The translations under genes were made by a program, and so were the position numbers. DNA of 64,000 nt from an uncultured Flavobacteriales bacterium (GTDB taxonomy: Bacteria > Bacteroidota > Bacteroidia > Flavobacteriales_D > CAJJDF01), in contig CALLII010000040.1 in the NCBI GenBank assembly GCA_938009745.1, positions 5,733-69,732 of the forward strand, in the 5' to 3' direction. The notes beneath the pieces are model-generated. The model did not search any database. It was not told the origin of the DNA and saw only the letters and a program-made list of their open reading frames with translations. Every line of letters starts with the position of its first letter. Within the stretch, counting starts at the first letter, position 1. Positions 1 to 9,114 of this stretch are shown here, piece after piece.

Positions 1-1575
1 TGTTTTGAAAAATCCTTTTTCAATCTCAATTCCTTTAACATCATCTTTACCTTTATTTTGGTTTAATGATATACCAATCATTATTGCACAAGTTGCCAAA
101 AATGTAATCGACATTTGGTGCATAAATGGTAAGCTAGGGAAGAGTGGACTGTTTTCAAAAATTTGAGGTCCAAATTTGAGGTAAAAAGCGATTGGAATAG
201 AAACTAAAGCACCAATGATTGCTGCTCTTGCAGTAGTTTTTTTCCAAAATAGTCCTAAAATAAATATGGCTAAAATCCCTGGGCTTACAAGTCCTGTATA
301 TTCTTGGATAAACTGAAACACTTGATCAATTCCTCCTAAAATTGGAGCCAAAATAGCTGCGATAACTAAAGCAACTACTCCTGTTAATCTTCCTACAGTT
401 ACTAATTGTTTTTCAGAAGCATTTTTATTTATAAGTGGTTTGTATAAATCCATTGTGAAAATAGTTGCTGTACTATTTAACATAGAAGCCAAAGAAGAAA
501 CTATTGCAGCAGCTAATGCGGCTAAAACTAATCCCTTTAATCCTGCAGGTACAAACGTAGAAACTAACCAAGGGTAAGCTTTGTCGTTTTGATGATTTCC
601 TGCTGCATCTAAAAATTCACTTGCAATATCTGGATTTTCAGTGTACATCACGTATGCTATAATTCCAGGAATAATAACAATTAATGGAACAATCATTTTT
701 AAAATTGCGGCAAATACAATTCCCTTTTGTGATTCTTTAAGACTTTTTGCAGCAAATGTTCTTTGGATAATATACTGATTGAATCCCCAGTAATAAATAT
801 TTGCAATCCAAATACCACCTACAAGCACAGCAATACCTGGTAAATTGTTGTATTCTTTATGTCCTTTTTCCAGTATCATATCAAATTTCTCTGGAGCTTT
901 GGAGAATATATATTCCATACCTCCCCATAATGAATGGTCTGGTGAAACATGGTACAAAGCAATTCCTGTAGTTATTAATCCACCAATAATAAGGATGGCA
1001 ACTTGAATAACATCTGTCCAGGCTACAGAAGATAATCCTCCCCAAACCGAATATGCTGTTGTGAATAAAGCTAATACTATAATACTCGAAAGGATTAAAG
1101 AACCATCACCACTACCAATTATTGTATCCATTGCTGTTGCTCCCAAAAACATTACAGCAGTTAGGTTTACAAATACAAATAAAGCAATCCAAAAAATTGC
1201 TATGATTGATTTTACACGAGCATTGTACCTCTTTTCCAAAAATTGAGGAATAGTATATAGTCCTTTTTCAATAAAAATTGGAAGAAAATATTTACCGACT
1301 ATAATTAAGGTAAGTGCTGCCATCCATTCGTAAGAGGCTATAGCTAAACCTACTGCAAATCCAGAACCTGACATACCAATAAATTGCTCAGCAGAAATAT
1401 TTGCGGCAATTAAAGAAGTACCAACTGCCCACCATGGTAAAGATTTACTAGCAAGAAAATAATCGCTAGAGGTTTTCTTCTCTCCTTTTTTTGTTCGAGA
1501 AACAAATAATCCTACCGAAAGGATTAGAATTGAATAAATTACTAATACAACAATGTCAATGGTAGCTAAATTCAT
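1..1575 (-). CDS. Sodium:solute symporter (SSF/SGLT-like sugar transporter), C-terminus cut off by window edge
   Basis: Absent from the ORF track because there is no stop inside the window. Manual minus-strand translation from the ATG (complement of 1573-1575) gives MNLATIDIVVLVIYSILILSVGLFVSRTKKGEKKTSSDYFLASKSLPWWAVGTSLIAANISAEQFIGMSGSGFAVGLAIASYEWMAA... The frame stays open to position 1, and the protein is polytopic and SSF-like. Confidence 0.8.
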   Translation of the reverse strand, partial: MNLATIDIVVLVIYSILILSVGLFVSRTKKGEKKTSSDYFLASKSLPWWAVGTSLIAANISAEQFIGMSGSGFAVGLAIASYEWMAALTLIIVGKYFLPIFIEKGLYTIPQFLEKRYNARVKSIIAIFWIALFVFVNLTAVMFLGATAMDTIIGSGDGSLILSSIIVLALFTTAYSVWGGLSSVAWTDVIQVAILIIGGLITTGIALYHVSPDHSLWGGMEYIFSKAPEKFDMILEKGHKEYNNLPGIAVLVGGIWIANIYYWGFNQYIIQRTFAAKSLKESQKGIVFAAILKMIVPLIVIIPGIIAYVMYTENPDIASEFLDAAGNHQNDKAYPWLVSTFVPAGLKGLVLAALAAAIVSSLASMLNSTATIFTMDLYKPLINKNASEKQLVTVGRLTGVVALVIAAILAPILGGIDQVFQFIQEYTGLVSPGILAIFILGLFWKKTTARAAIIGALVSIPIAFYLKFGPQIFENSPLFPSLPFMHQMSITFLATCAIMIGISLNQNKGKDDVKGIEIEKGFFKT

Positions 1576-1644
1576 TTTGAAAACTTTAGTATAATAATTC
1601 CAACTACTTATTGTAGTATTAACACTAAGGTAACAAAATTTTTA

Positions 1645-2337
1645 TTATACTTCAAAGTTGAATCCTTTGTTTTTGAGCATCTCGTATTTCTCTTCATCAA
1701 ATTTATAGAGTTTTGCTGGCCTGTGAGACACGTTTTCTTGTAAGTCTCCAGTCTCCATCAAAAACTTCATCTGAAGAATTTTCTTTCTGAAATTACGAAT
1801 ATCCATTTTTACACCTAAAATTGCTTCATAAAGAGATTGCAATTCGGTAAGAGTAAAAGTAGGGGGTAAGAGTTCAAATCCTATAGGTCTTGTTCTTACA
1901 GATTTCTGTAATCGTTTAAAACAAGATTTAAGAATTTTATCGTGATCGAATGCTAAATCTTTGACTTTCTTCACCTTAAACCACTTGGCTTTAGATGCAA
2001 ATGAAGATGGATTTAATTCGTAATCACCAATTTTAATCAATGTATAATATCCGGTTGTAATTACCCTTCCTAGCGGGTGTCTTTGTATTTCCCCAAAGGT
2101 TTCTACTTGTTCAAAGAATAAGTTGCTAAGTCCTGTAAGTTCTTTTAATATATGATTTACAGAGTCATCTAAATCTTTATCAGGTTTCATTAAATCGCCA
2201 GGAAGCGCCCAATAATCCTTAAAAGGAACTTCTCCTCTTTCAATTAATAAAACTTTTAAATCTTTCCCATCAAATCCAAAAACTACACAATCAATGGATA
2301 CGGCTAGGGTAAAATATTTGGATAAATCTTGATTCAA
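1645..2337 (-). CDS. NrtR-family (Nudix-related) transcriptional regulator
   Basis: 230 aa. The N-terminal half has a Nudix fold with a degenerate Nudix box (GEVPFKDYWALPGD...NHILKELTG, lacking the RExxEE catalytic residues). The C-terminal half looks like a winged helix. The gene lies immediately upstream of the SSF transporter on the same strand. Confidence 0.7.
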   Translation of the reverse strand: MNQDLSKYFTLAVSIDCVVFGFDGKDLKVLLIERGEVPFKDYWALPGDLMKPDKDLDDSVNHILKELTGLSNLFFEQVETFGEIQRHPLGRVITTGYYTLIKIGDYELNPSSFASKAKWFKVKKVKDLAFDHDKILKSCFKRLQKSVRTRPIGFELLPPTFTLTELQSLYEAILGVKMDIRNFRKKILQMKFLMETGDLQENVSHRPAKLYKFDEEKYEMLKNKGFNFEV

Positions 2338-2434
2338 ACCTTTGCTTTTATAGTGCTACGTGAAGGTAATAAAATTATACTATTTGACTTTGAAGTAATA
2401 ATAAGAATTAGTGTTTAAAAATTAGTTTTTTATG

Positions 2435-3235
2435 TTACCAACTTCCTCCAGCTCCACCACCAGAGAAACCACCACCTCCAAAACCTCCAAAGCCACCTCC
2501 ACCAAAACCACCACCACCTCGAGATCCGCCTCCGCCACCTCCAATAATTATCCATGGCATTCCACCACCTCTTCGTCCACCTCTATGTTTTCCGTGTCTG
2601 TCGTAGTTTTCCCAATCGTCATTTCCACCATCTCCATATTTTTGAGATAGATACATGATTAAAATAAAGATTAAAAAGAAAAACAAAATCATCCATAAAT
2701 CTCCACCTTCTCCTTTCGCCAAATAATCAGCTTCAGAAAACTCTTTTTCAGCTAATCGCATTAAAGTTTCTGCTCCGGCATTTATTCCGCCATAATAACT
2801 TCCTTGTTTAAAATAAGGAATTACCTCATAGTCAACAATTCTTCTTGTTCCAGCATCAGTTATAGCACCTTGTAATCCAGTTCCAATCGAAATAAAAACC
2901 TCTCCTTTTGCATTGCCTCTTTTTGGTTTAACCAGAAAAACTAGACCATTGTCTTTGTCGCTTCTCCCAATTCCTAGTTGGTCACCCAATTCAATTGCAA
3001 ATTGCGCTTTATCAGTACCACAAAAGTCATCAGCTGTAACTACCACAAGAACATTTGATGTTCTGGCAGTATATGCTTTTAATTTGGATTGTAAATTCGA
3101 TTCTTCTGCTTGGCTTAAAAGATTTCCCATGTCATAAACAAAAACACCATTTTTCTTTTTAGGAAAACAATCTTCTTGCCCAAATCCTAAAGAAAAGGAA
3201 AAGAGTAAACCAATAAGTATTAGTGTGTTCTTCAT
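2435..3235 (-). CDS. TPM-domain protein (YgcG-like) with TM segment and Gly-rich C-terminal tail
   Basis: Has a signal peptide (MKNTLILIGLLFSFSLGFGQ), a TPM/phosphatase-like core, one TM helix and a tail GGGGGGSRGGGGFGGGGFGGFGGGGFSGGGAGG. It is the third gene of a lemA-TPM-TPM triad. Confidence 0.75.
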   Translation of the reverse strand: MKNTLILIGLLFSFSLGFGQEDCFPKKKNGVFVYDMGNLLSQAEESNLQSKLKAYTARTSNVLVVVTADDFCGTDKAQFAIELGDQLGIGRSDKDNGLVFLVKPKRGNAKGEVFISIGTGLQGAITDAGTRRIVDYEVIPYFKQGSYYGGINAGAETLMRLAEKEFSEADYLAKGEGGDLWMILFFFLIFILIMYLSQKYGDGGNDDWENYDRHGKHRGGRRGGGMPWIIIGGGGGGSRGGGGFGGGGFGGFGGGGFSGGGAGGSW

Positions 3236-3672
3236 TATATTCCTGTAGATATTTCGTCCGACAATTCATTTTTATCATCCGATTGATAAGGAAAAAAGGC
3301 TTTAAGTTGTTCGCCAGCCTTTAATATTCCTGCTTCTAAACCCTTTGCTTCTTCCTCTTTTTTTAAGTGAGAAATAACTAGTTCTTTAGTTTCGTTCCAG
3401 AAATCAGCTGGTACTTTTTCGTTTATTCCTTTATCACCAAGTATAGCAAAATGATGACTTTCGGTTGCTATATAAAACAAAACTCCATTGCGAAGTTTTG
3501 TTTTATGCATCTTCAGTTTTTTGAATACTTTTTGAGCTCGTTCCATCACATCTCCTTTACAATTCGATTCCAAATGGACACGAATTTCACCAGAGGTGTT
3601 TTTTTCGGCAAGTCTTATTGCTTCCAAAACGCGTTTCTCTTCTAAAGCACTTATAAAATTAGCTACAGCCAT
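3235..3672 (-). CDS. TPM-domain protein (TLP18.3/Psb32-like)
   Basis: 145 aa (GEIRVHLES...FYIATESHHFAILGDKGINEKV). It shares 1-nt TAATG overlaps with both neighbouring genes. Confidence 0.7.
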   Translation of the reverse strand: MAVANFISALEEKRVLEAIRLAEKNTSGEIRVHLESNCKGDVMERAQKVFKKLKMHKTKLRNGVLFYIATESHHFAILGDKGINEKVPADFWNETKELVISHLKKEEEAKGLEAGILKAGEQLKAFFPYQSDDKNELSDEISTGI

Positions 3673-4307
3673 TATTCGTCAAATCCTAAGTCGATATTCT
3701 TTGGTGCATTTTCAGAACCTTCATTGGCTTTGAAATATTCTTTCTCTGAAAATCCAAATGCCATAGCTAGAAGGTTTTTAGGGAATTTTTTAATTTTAAC
3801 ATTATATGGTTTTATAACTTCGTTAAAATCTCTTCTGGCTTTTGCAATTCTATTTTCAATTCCCTCATATTGAGCTTGAAAATCTCTAAATGCATCAGTA
3901 GCTTTTAATTCTGGGTATCTTTCTACCGTTACCATTAATCTGCTTAAAGCTCCAGTTAATTGGCTTTGTGCTTGTTCAAACTTAGCCATGTTTTCTGGAG
4001 TTAAATCGTTTACATCTAATTGAATAGAGGTAGCTTTACTTCTTGCTTCAATTACATCTGTAAGAGTTTTTCTTTCAAAGTTTGCTGCATTTTTTACGAT
4101 TTTAGAAATCACTTCAACTTTATCAGCTCTGGATTGATATTCAGTTTGAACATTTCCCCATGCTTCAGCAATTGGTTCTTGAGCTTTAACTAATCCATTA
4201 TAGCCCATAATTCCCCAAACCGCTATTAAAGCAATTACAATCCATTTCCCATATTTTTTTAAAGCTGAGCTGCTTTTTACGCTTTCAATTCGTTCGTCTA
4301 AATCCAT
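3672..4307 (-). CDS. lemA: LemA family protein
   Basis: 211 aa with an N-terminal TM helix followed by LemA-like helices (RYPELKA...F..LQ.QLEG.ENRI pattern: VERYPELKATDAFRDFQAQYEGIENRIAKARRDFN). Confidence 0.8.
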   Translation of the reverse strand: MDLDERIESVKSSSALKKYGKWIVIALIAVWGIMGYNGLVKAQEPIAEAWGNVQTEYQSRADKVEVISKIVKNAANFERKTLTDVIEARSKATSIQLDVNDLTPENMAKFEQAQSQLTGALSRLMVTVERYPELKATDAFRDFQAQYEGIENRIAKARRDFNEVIKPYNVKIKKFPKNLLAMAFGFSEKEYFKANEGSENAPKNIDLGFDE

Positions 4308-4366
4308 TTTATTCTAGTTTTTTAGTTTATTCCCTTAAATATAAGGGAAAACTTATTAATTTTCTC

Positions 4367-4398
4367 AAAAAAAATGAGCTACGGTTGGTAGCTCATTT
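4367..4398 (-). terminator. Rho-independent terminator downstream of htpG
   Basis: 9-bp stem ATGAGCTAC/GTAGCTCAT (4374-4382 / 4388-4396). On the minus strand it is followed by T8 (the A-run at 4367-4374 on plus). Confidence 0.65.
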
Positions 4399-4405
4399 AA
4401 TTGGT

Positions 4406-6301
4406 TTATTTGATAATATCAATACTTCGTTTCAAGAACTCAGTAAGTTTTTTTCCTGTTAGCATCCCTTTCGCTAATAGAGCTAAGTCAGTTGCTTGTT
4501 CAATGAGCTGTTTTTTCTTTTTATCGGTTTTTGTTTCCAATATTTTAGAAATTAAAGGGTGATTAGAGTTTACAACTAAGTTATACATCTCTGGCATGTT
4601 ACCCATGAATCCCATTGCGCCTCCGCCCATAGCTTGTTGCTCTTTCATTCTTCGCATGAATTCAGCCTCAGTAATTTGCATTGGGCTATCAGTTTCGCTT
4701 AAGCTTTGAAAGTTCACAGTGAATTTAGCTTTAGGCATTACTTCCTCAATCACTGGTTTCAATGCTTCTTCGTCTTCTTTTGTTAATTTACTCGGGACTT
4801 CTTCACCTTTGTCAATTAACCTTTCAATGGTATCAGCATCAATTCTTGCAAAAGAAGTGTTCGTTAAATCTTGCTCTAATTTAGACACTAAGTGTGGAGC
4901 CAAAGGTCCATCTAACACCAATACATCATATCCTTTGCTAGTCGCATTTTCAATTAATGAATGGTGTTCTTCTGTGTCATTAGTGTATAAGTAAATCACT
5001 TTACCGTCTTTGTCTTTTTGAGTTTCTTTTACTTTTTCAGCATATTCGTCAAGAGTAAATGATTTACCCTCAGTGTTTCTAAGTAATGCAAATTTCTTTG
5101 CTTTATCATTAAACTTATCATCCGATAACATTCCGTATTCAATAAATACCTTGATGTCCTCCCATTTTTGTTCAAAGTCCTCACGGTTATCTTTGAACAT
5201 TGAGTTCAATTTATCAGCCACCTTTTTTGTGATGTATGAAGATATTTTCTTCACATTGCTATCACTCTGTAAGTATGATCTAGAAACATTTAAAGGAATA
5301 TCTGGAGAATCAATAACTCCGTGAAGTAATTGCATAAATTCAGGAACAATATTCTCTACAGAATCAGTAATAAATACTTGATTTGAGTATAGTTGTATTT
5401 TGTTTTTTTGAATTTGAATGTCTTTTTTCAATTTTGGGAAATACAAGATTCCTGTTAAGTTGAAAGGGTAATCTACATTCAGGTGTATGTTAAAAAGAGG
5501 TTTTTCAGACATTGGATACAATTCCTGATAGAATTTATCGTAGTCTTCTTCTTTTAATTCCGTAGGAGCTTTTGCCCACATTGGTGAAGTATTGTTAAGG
5601 ATATTATCTACTTCGATAGCTTCCTGCTTTAATTTTCCGTCTTCTTCTTTTTCACCAGTTGGGCTATCAATGTATTCGGTTTTTGTTCCAAATTTGATGT
5701 CTACTGGTAAAAATTTGCAATATTTATTAAGGATAGTTGAGATTCTTGCTTCTTCCAAAAATTCGGTTGAATCCTCAGCAATGTACATTATTATATCAGT
5801 TCCTCTTGTTTCTTTTACAATGTCCTCAAGAGTATATTCTGGAGTTCCATCAGATGTCCAGCTCACTGCTTGCGAACCATCTTTATGAGAAAGAGTTCTT
5901 ATTTCTACCTTTTCAGAAACCATGAAAGAAGAATAGAATCCAAGACCAAAATGCCCAATCATTGCTGCAGCCCCATCTGTGTCTTTGTATTTTTGTACAA
6001 ATTCCTCTGCTCCAGAGAATGCAATTTGGTTGATGTATTTATCCACCTCTTCGCCTGTCATTCCTATTCCGTTATCACGGATAGTAATTGTTTTAGCTTC
6101 TTTATCTAGTATTACTTCTACTTGTAATTTTCCAACTTCCCCTTTAAATTCTCCTAAAGAAGAAAGAGTTTTTAGTTTCTGTGATGCATCTACTGCATTG
6201 GATACTAACTCTCTCAAGAATATTTCAGTATCGGAGTATAAAAACTTTTTAATGATTGGAAATATATTTTCCGTTTGCACATTAATTTTTCCTGTTGCCA
6301 T
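4406..6301 (-). CDS. htpG: Molecular chaperone HtpG (Hsp90)
   Basis: 631 aa. The N-terminal GHKL ATPase motifs are present (FLRELVSNAVDA, IRDNGIGMT, IGHFGLGFYS), and the protein has full Hsp90 length. Confidence 0.95.
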   Translation of the reverse strand: MATGKINVQTENIFPIIKKFLYSDTEIFLRELVSNAVDASQKLKTLSSLGEFKGEVGKLQVEVILDKEAKTITIRDNGIGMTGEEVDKYINQIAFSGAEEFVQKYKDTDGAAAMIGHFGLGFYSSFMVSEKVEIRTLSHKDGSQAVSWTSDGTPEYTLEDIVKETRGTDIIMYIAEDSTEFLEEARISTILNKYCKFLPVDIKFGTKTEYIDSPTGEKEEDGKLKQEAIEVDNILNNTSPMWAKAPTELKEEDYDKFYQELYPMSEKPLFNIHLNVDYPFNLTGILYFPKLKKDIQIQKNKIQLYSNQVFITDSVENIVPEFMQLLHGVIDSPDIPLNVSRSYLQSDSNVKKISSYITKKVADKLNSMFKDNREDFEQKWEDIKVFIEYGMLSDDKFNDKAKKFALLRNTEGKSFTLDEYAEKVKETQKDKDGKVIYLYTNDTEEHHSLIENATSKGYDVLVLDGPLAPHLVSKLEQDLTNTSFARIDADTIERLIDKGEEVPSKLTKEDEEALKPVIEEVMPKAKFTVNFQSLSETDSPMQITEAEFMRRMKEQQAMGGGAMGFMGNMPEMYNLVVNSNHPLISKILETKTDKKKKQLIEQATDLALLAKGMLTGKKLTEFLKRSIDIIK

Positions 6302-6496
6302 TTTTTATTTTTTGAAATCACCTAGTCCAAATTCAATACCAAACAATCTAAAATGACAGATTTAGACCTATAAGATGTACTTTTCATCACTTAAAGTGAC
6401 AAATCGACACACTTTAATTGTTAACTGATAGTTAAAAAGAATAAAAGAAAATTCATTATTAGTTGCTTTGCAATACAAAAATTAAAAAAACAAACA

Positions 6497-7945
6497 ATGA
6501 AAAAAATTATTTTAACGGCATTAGCTATCGCTTCAATTAGCTTTTCTAATGCTCAAACTAAAGCTAATGACTGGAACCTTGGTTTACACTTTGGAACTCA
6601 AGAATATTTGGGAGACTTAGATGATCAGTTTTTTACTTTTGAACAACATGCCGCTTACGGACTATCTTTATCTAAGTATTTAACACCTTGGTTTGATGTA
6701 ATGGGAATGGTTACTTATAGTAATATGGATTTTACAGATTCTTTAGGGGTTAACGATTTTGAAGTTAAATTCTTAGATTTTAACGTAATGGCAAAAATGA
6801 AATTTAACAATGGAAAATGGATCAAGGAAGATGCATTTATTCAGCCATATTTATTTTTAGGATTTGGAGATGCTTTTTCATGGGCAGACCACTATACTAA
6901 CAATACAAGAAACTTAGCTGTTGATGTAAACATGTTAGGAGGAGCTGGAATTAACTTTGCTGTTAGCGAAAGACTAGGTTTAAACATCATGTCAAAATAT
7001 ACTTACATGTGGACTGATAACTTGGATAATGCTACTTCTTCAGTAAGAAACTTTCAAGATCAAGCTTTAATGACAACAGTTGGTCTTACTTACAGTTTTT
7101 CTGGAAAGAAAGATACTGATAATGATGGTGTATCTGATAAAGATGATAAATGTCCTACAGTATTTGGATTAGCAAAATTTGCAGGTTGTCCTGATACTGA
7201 TGCTGATGGAATTGAAGATTCAAAAGATGATTGTCCTAAAGTTGCTGGAACTCTTAACGGATGTCCTGATACTGATAAAGATGGTATTTCTGATAATAAT
7301 GACGTGTGTCCTGATGTTGCAGGAATAGCAGAATTTAAAGGTTGTCCTGATACGGATGGAGATGGTATAGAGGATAAAAATGATGCTTGTCCTGATACAA
7401 AAGGAACTCTTAACGGATGTCCTGATACGGATAATGATGGAGTTGCTGACAAAGACGATTCTTGTCCATTAGTATTTGGTACAGTTAAAGGTTGTCCTGA
7501 TACTGATAAAGATGGTGTAATTGATAGCAAAGATAAATGTGTAAAAATTGCTGGGCCAGCATCTAATAATGGATGTCCAGTAATCAAAGAAGAAACTAAG
7601 CAAGTTATGGCTCAGGCTATGGAAGGTTTATTCTTTAACTCGGGTTCTTCAGTTATTTTACCAAAATCATATACTGTATTGGATAATGTTGCTAGAATTA
7701 TGAATGAAAATCCTTCATATAAATTATCAATCAGTGGTTATACTGATAATACTGGTAATGAAGCTAAAAACTTACAATTATCTCAAGCAAGAGCTGCAGC
7801 AGCAAGAGCTTATTTAATTAAGAAAGGTGTTGATGCTTCTAGATTAACTTCAGCTGGATACGGAATTTCTAACCCAAGAGCAGATAACGCAACTGCAGCA
7901 GGTAGAAAGATGAACAGAAGAGTTGAATTTAAAGTGGCATTTTAA
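6497..7945 (+). CDS. OmpA-family outer membrane protein with thrombospondin type-3 repeats
   Basis: Has a signal peptide, an N-terminal beta-barrel-like region, about 6 repeats of the form (G)CPDTDxDGxxDxxDxCP, and a C-terminal OmpA_C domain (ISGYTDNTGNEAKNLQLSQARAAAARAYL...NRRVEF). Confidence 0.9.
   Translation: MKKIILTALAIASISFSNAQTKANDWNLGLHFGTQEYLGDLDDQFFTFEQHAAYGLSLSKYLTPWFDVMGMVTYSNMDFTDSLGVNDFEVKFLDFNVMAKMKFNNGKWIKEDAFIQPYLFLGFGDAFSWADHYTNNTRNLAVDVNMLGGAGINFAVSERLGLNIMSKYTYMWTDNLDNATSSVRNFQDQALMTTVGLTYSFSGKKDTDNDGVSDKDDKCPTVFGLAKFAGCPDTDADGIEDSKDDCPKVAGTLNGCPDTDKDGISDNNDVCPDVAGIAEFKGCPDTDGDGIEDKNDACPDTKGTLNGCPDTDNDGVADKDDSCPLVFGTVKGCPDTDKDGVIDSKDKCVKIAGPASNNGCPVIKEETKQVMAQAMEGLFFNSGSSVILPKSYTVLDNVARIMNENPSYKLSISGYTDNTGNEAKNLQLSQARAAAARAYLIKKGVDASRLTSAGYGISNPRADNATAAGRKMNRRVEFKVAF
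7112..7579 (+). repeat. Coding tandem repeats (TSP3-like calcium-binding units) inside the OmpA gene
   Basis: DTDNDGVSDKDDKCP is followed by five CPDTD(A/K/G/N)DG..D..D.CP units. These repeats also create a spurious 165-aa antisense ORF at 7090-7587. Confidence 0.85.
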
Positions 7946-7990
7946 ATCTCTTTAGATTATTTAAAACTAGGTTAAAAAAACCTTAAATTT

Positions 7991-8025
7991 ATCCCGATTA
8001 TCATTATGATAGTCGGGATTTTTTT
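7991..8025 (+). terminator. Rho-independent terminator of the OmpA gene, ending flush against the dinB ATG
   Basis: 12-bp stem (7991-8002 / 8008-8019, one G-U pair) with a 5-nt loop and a T7 run at 8019-8025. The dinB ATG starts at 8026. Confidence 0.7.
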
Positions 8026-9114
8026 ATGACTGAAACTGAACAAATACGGAAAATAATTCATGTAGATATGGATGCATTTTATGCGTCAGTTGAGCAATTG
8101 GATAATCCTGAGTTGAGGGGTAAACCAATTGCTGTTGGGGGAAGTAAAGAAAGAGGTGTGGTTGCAGCTGCAAGTTATGAAGCTCGTAGGTATAATGTGA
8201 AATCTGCTATGCCATCAGTAATTGCAGCTCGTAATTGTCCGCAACTTATTTTTGTAAAACCTCGATTTGAGAGGTATAAGGAAATTTCGACTAAAATTAG
8301 AGAAATATTTTCAAGATATACCGATTTAATAGAGCCACTATCTTTAGATGAAGCATACCTAGATGTTACCAATAATAAGAAGAATGAGTTTTTTGCCACT
8401 CAAATTGCAATTGATATCCGCAAAGACATTGAAAAAGAATTGGGACTAACAGCTTCTGCTGGAGTCTCGTTTAATAAGTTTTTAGCTAAGATCGCTTCAG
8501 ATGAAAACAAACCTGATGGAATAACCGTAATAACTCCTGAGAAGGCTCCTGAGTTCATTGATAAACTACCGATAGAAAGATTTTTTGGAATAGGTAAAGT
8601 AACAGCTTCAAAAATGATGAACAAAGGTATTTTTTATGGAAAGGATTTGAAAAGTAAGTCTTTGGAGTTTTTGATTAAGAATTTCGGTAAATCCGGTCAA
8701 CATTATTTTAATATGGTTAGGCTTAATGATAACAGGATAGTGAATCCTAATAGAATAAGGAAATCGATTGGTGTGGAGCATACTTACATGGATTATATTG
8801 AAGAGTTGGAGGTTATTAATAGCAAACTTGATTCACTTAGTGAAGAATTGGCCAGAAGAATGAAAAGGTCAGTTGCTAAAGGGAAAACATTGACAGTGAA
8901 AATAAAATTTAATGATTTTACTCAAGTAACACGAAGTATGACTTTTAAGTATTACATTTCTCGAAAAGAGAATTTAATGGATGGTTGGAAATTAATATTG
9001 AAGGAAGAATTTAAGTTAGAAAAGCCAGTTAGACTATTAGGATTATCGATTTCTAATTTAAAGAGAAATGAAAAACCTAAGAAAGAAGAAGTACAATTAA
9101 AGCTTGAGTTTTAA
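8026..9114 (+). CDS. dinB: DNA polymerase IV (Y-family translesion polymerase)
   Basis: 362 aa. The Y-family motifs are present: IIHVDMDAFYASVEQ, SLDEAYLDVT and ASAGVSFNKFLAKIASD. Confidence 0.95.
   Translation: MTETEQIRKIIHVDMDAFYASVEQLDNPELRGKPIAVGGSKERGVVAAASYEARRYNVKSAMPSVIAARNCPQLIFVKPRFERYKEISTKIREIFSRYTDLIEPLSLDEAYLDVTNNKKNEFFATQIAIDIRKDIEKELGLTASAGVSFNKFLAKIASDENKPDGITVITPEKAPEFIDKLPIERFFGIGKVTASKMMNKGIFYGKDLKSKSLEFLIKNFGKSGQHYFNMVRLNDNRIVNPNRIRKSIGVEHTYMDYIEELEVINSKLDSLSEELARRMKRSVAKGKTLTVKIKFNDFTQVTRSMTFKYYISRKENLMDGWKLILKEEFKLEKPVRLLGLSISNLKRNEKPKKEEVQLKLEF

Noticed and set aside
2432-2650. 72-aa Ser/Thr-rich plus-strand ORF
   Set aside because: It is the antisense artefact of the Gly-rich (GGN) tail of the TPM/YgcG-like gene.
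5979-6356. 125-aa plus-strand ORF, along with several others between 4719 and 6109
   Set aside because: All are antisense to htpG, with low-complexity S/L/F-rich translations.
7090-7587. 165-aa minus-strand ORF with a repetitive SVSGQPL/SVSGHPL pattern
   Set aside because: It is antisense to the thrombospondin type-3 repeats of the OmpA gene. The repeat periodicity is inherited from the sense strand, which has a clear OmpA architecture.
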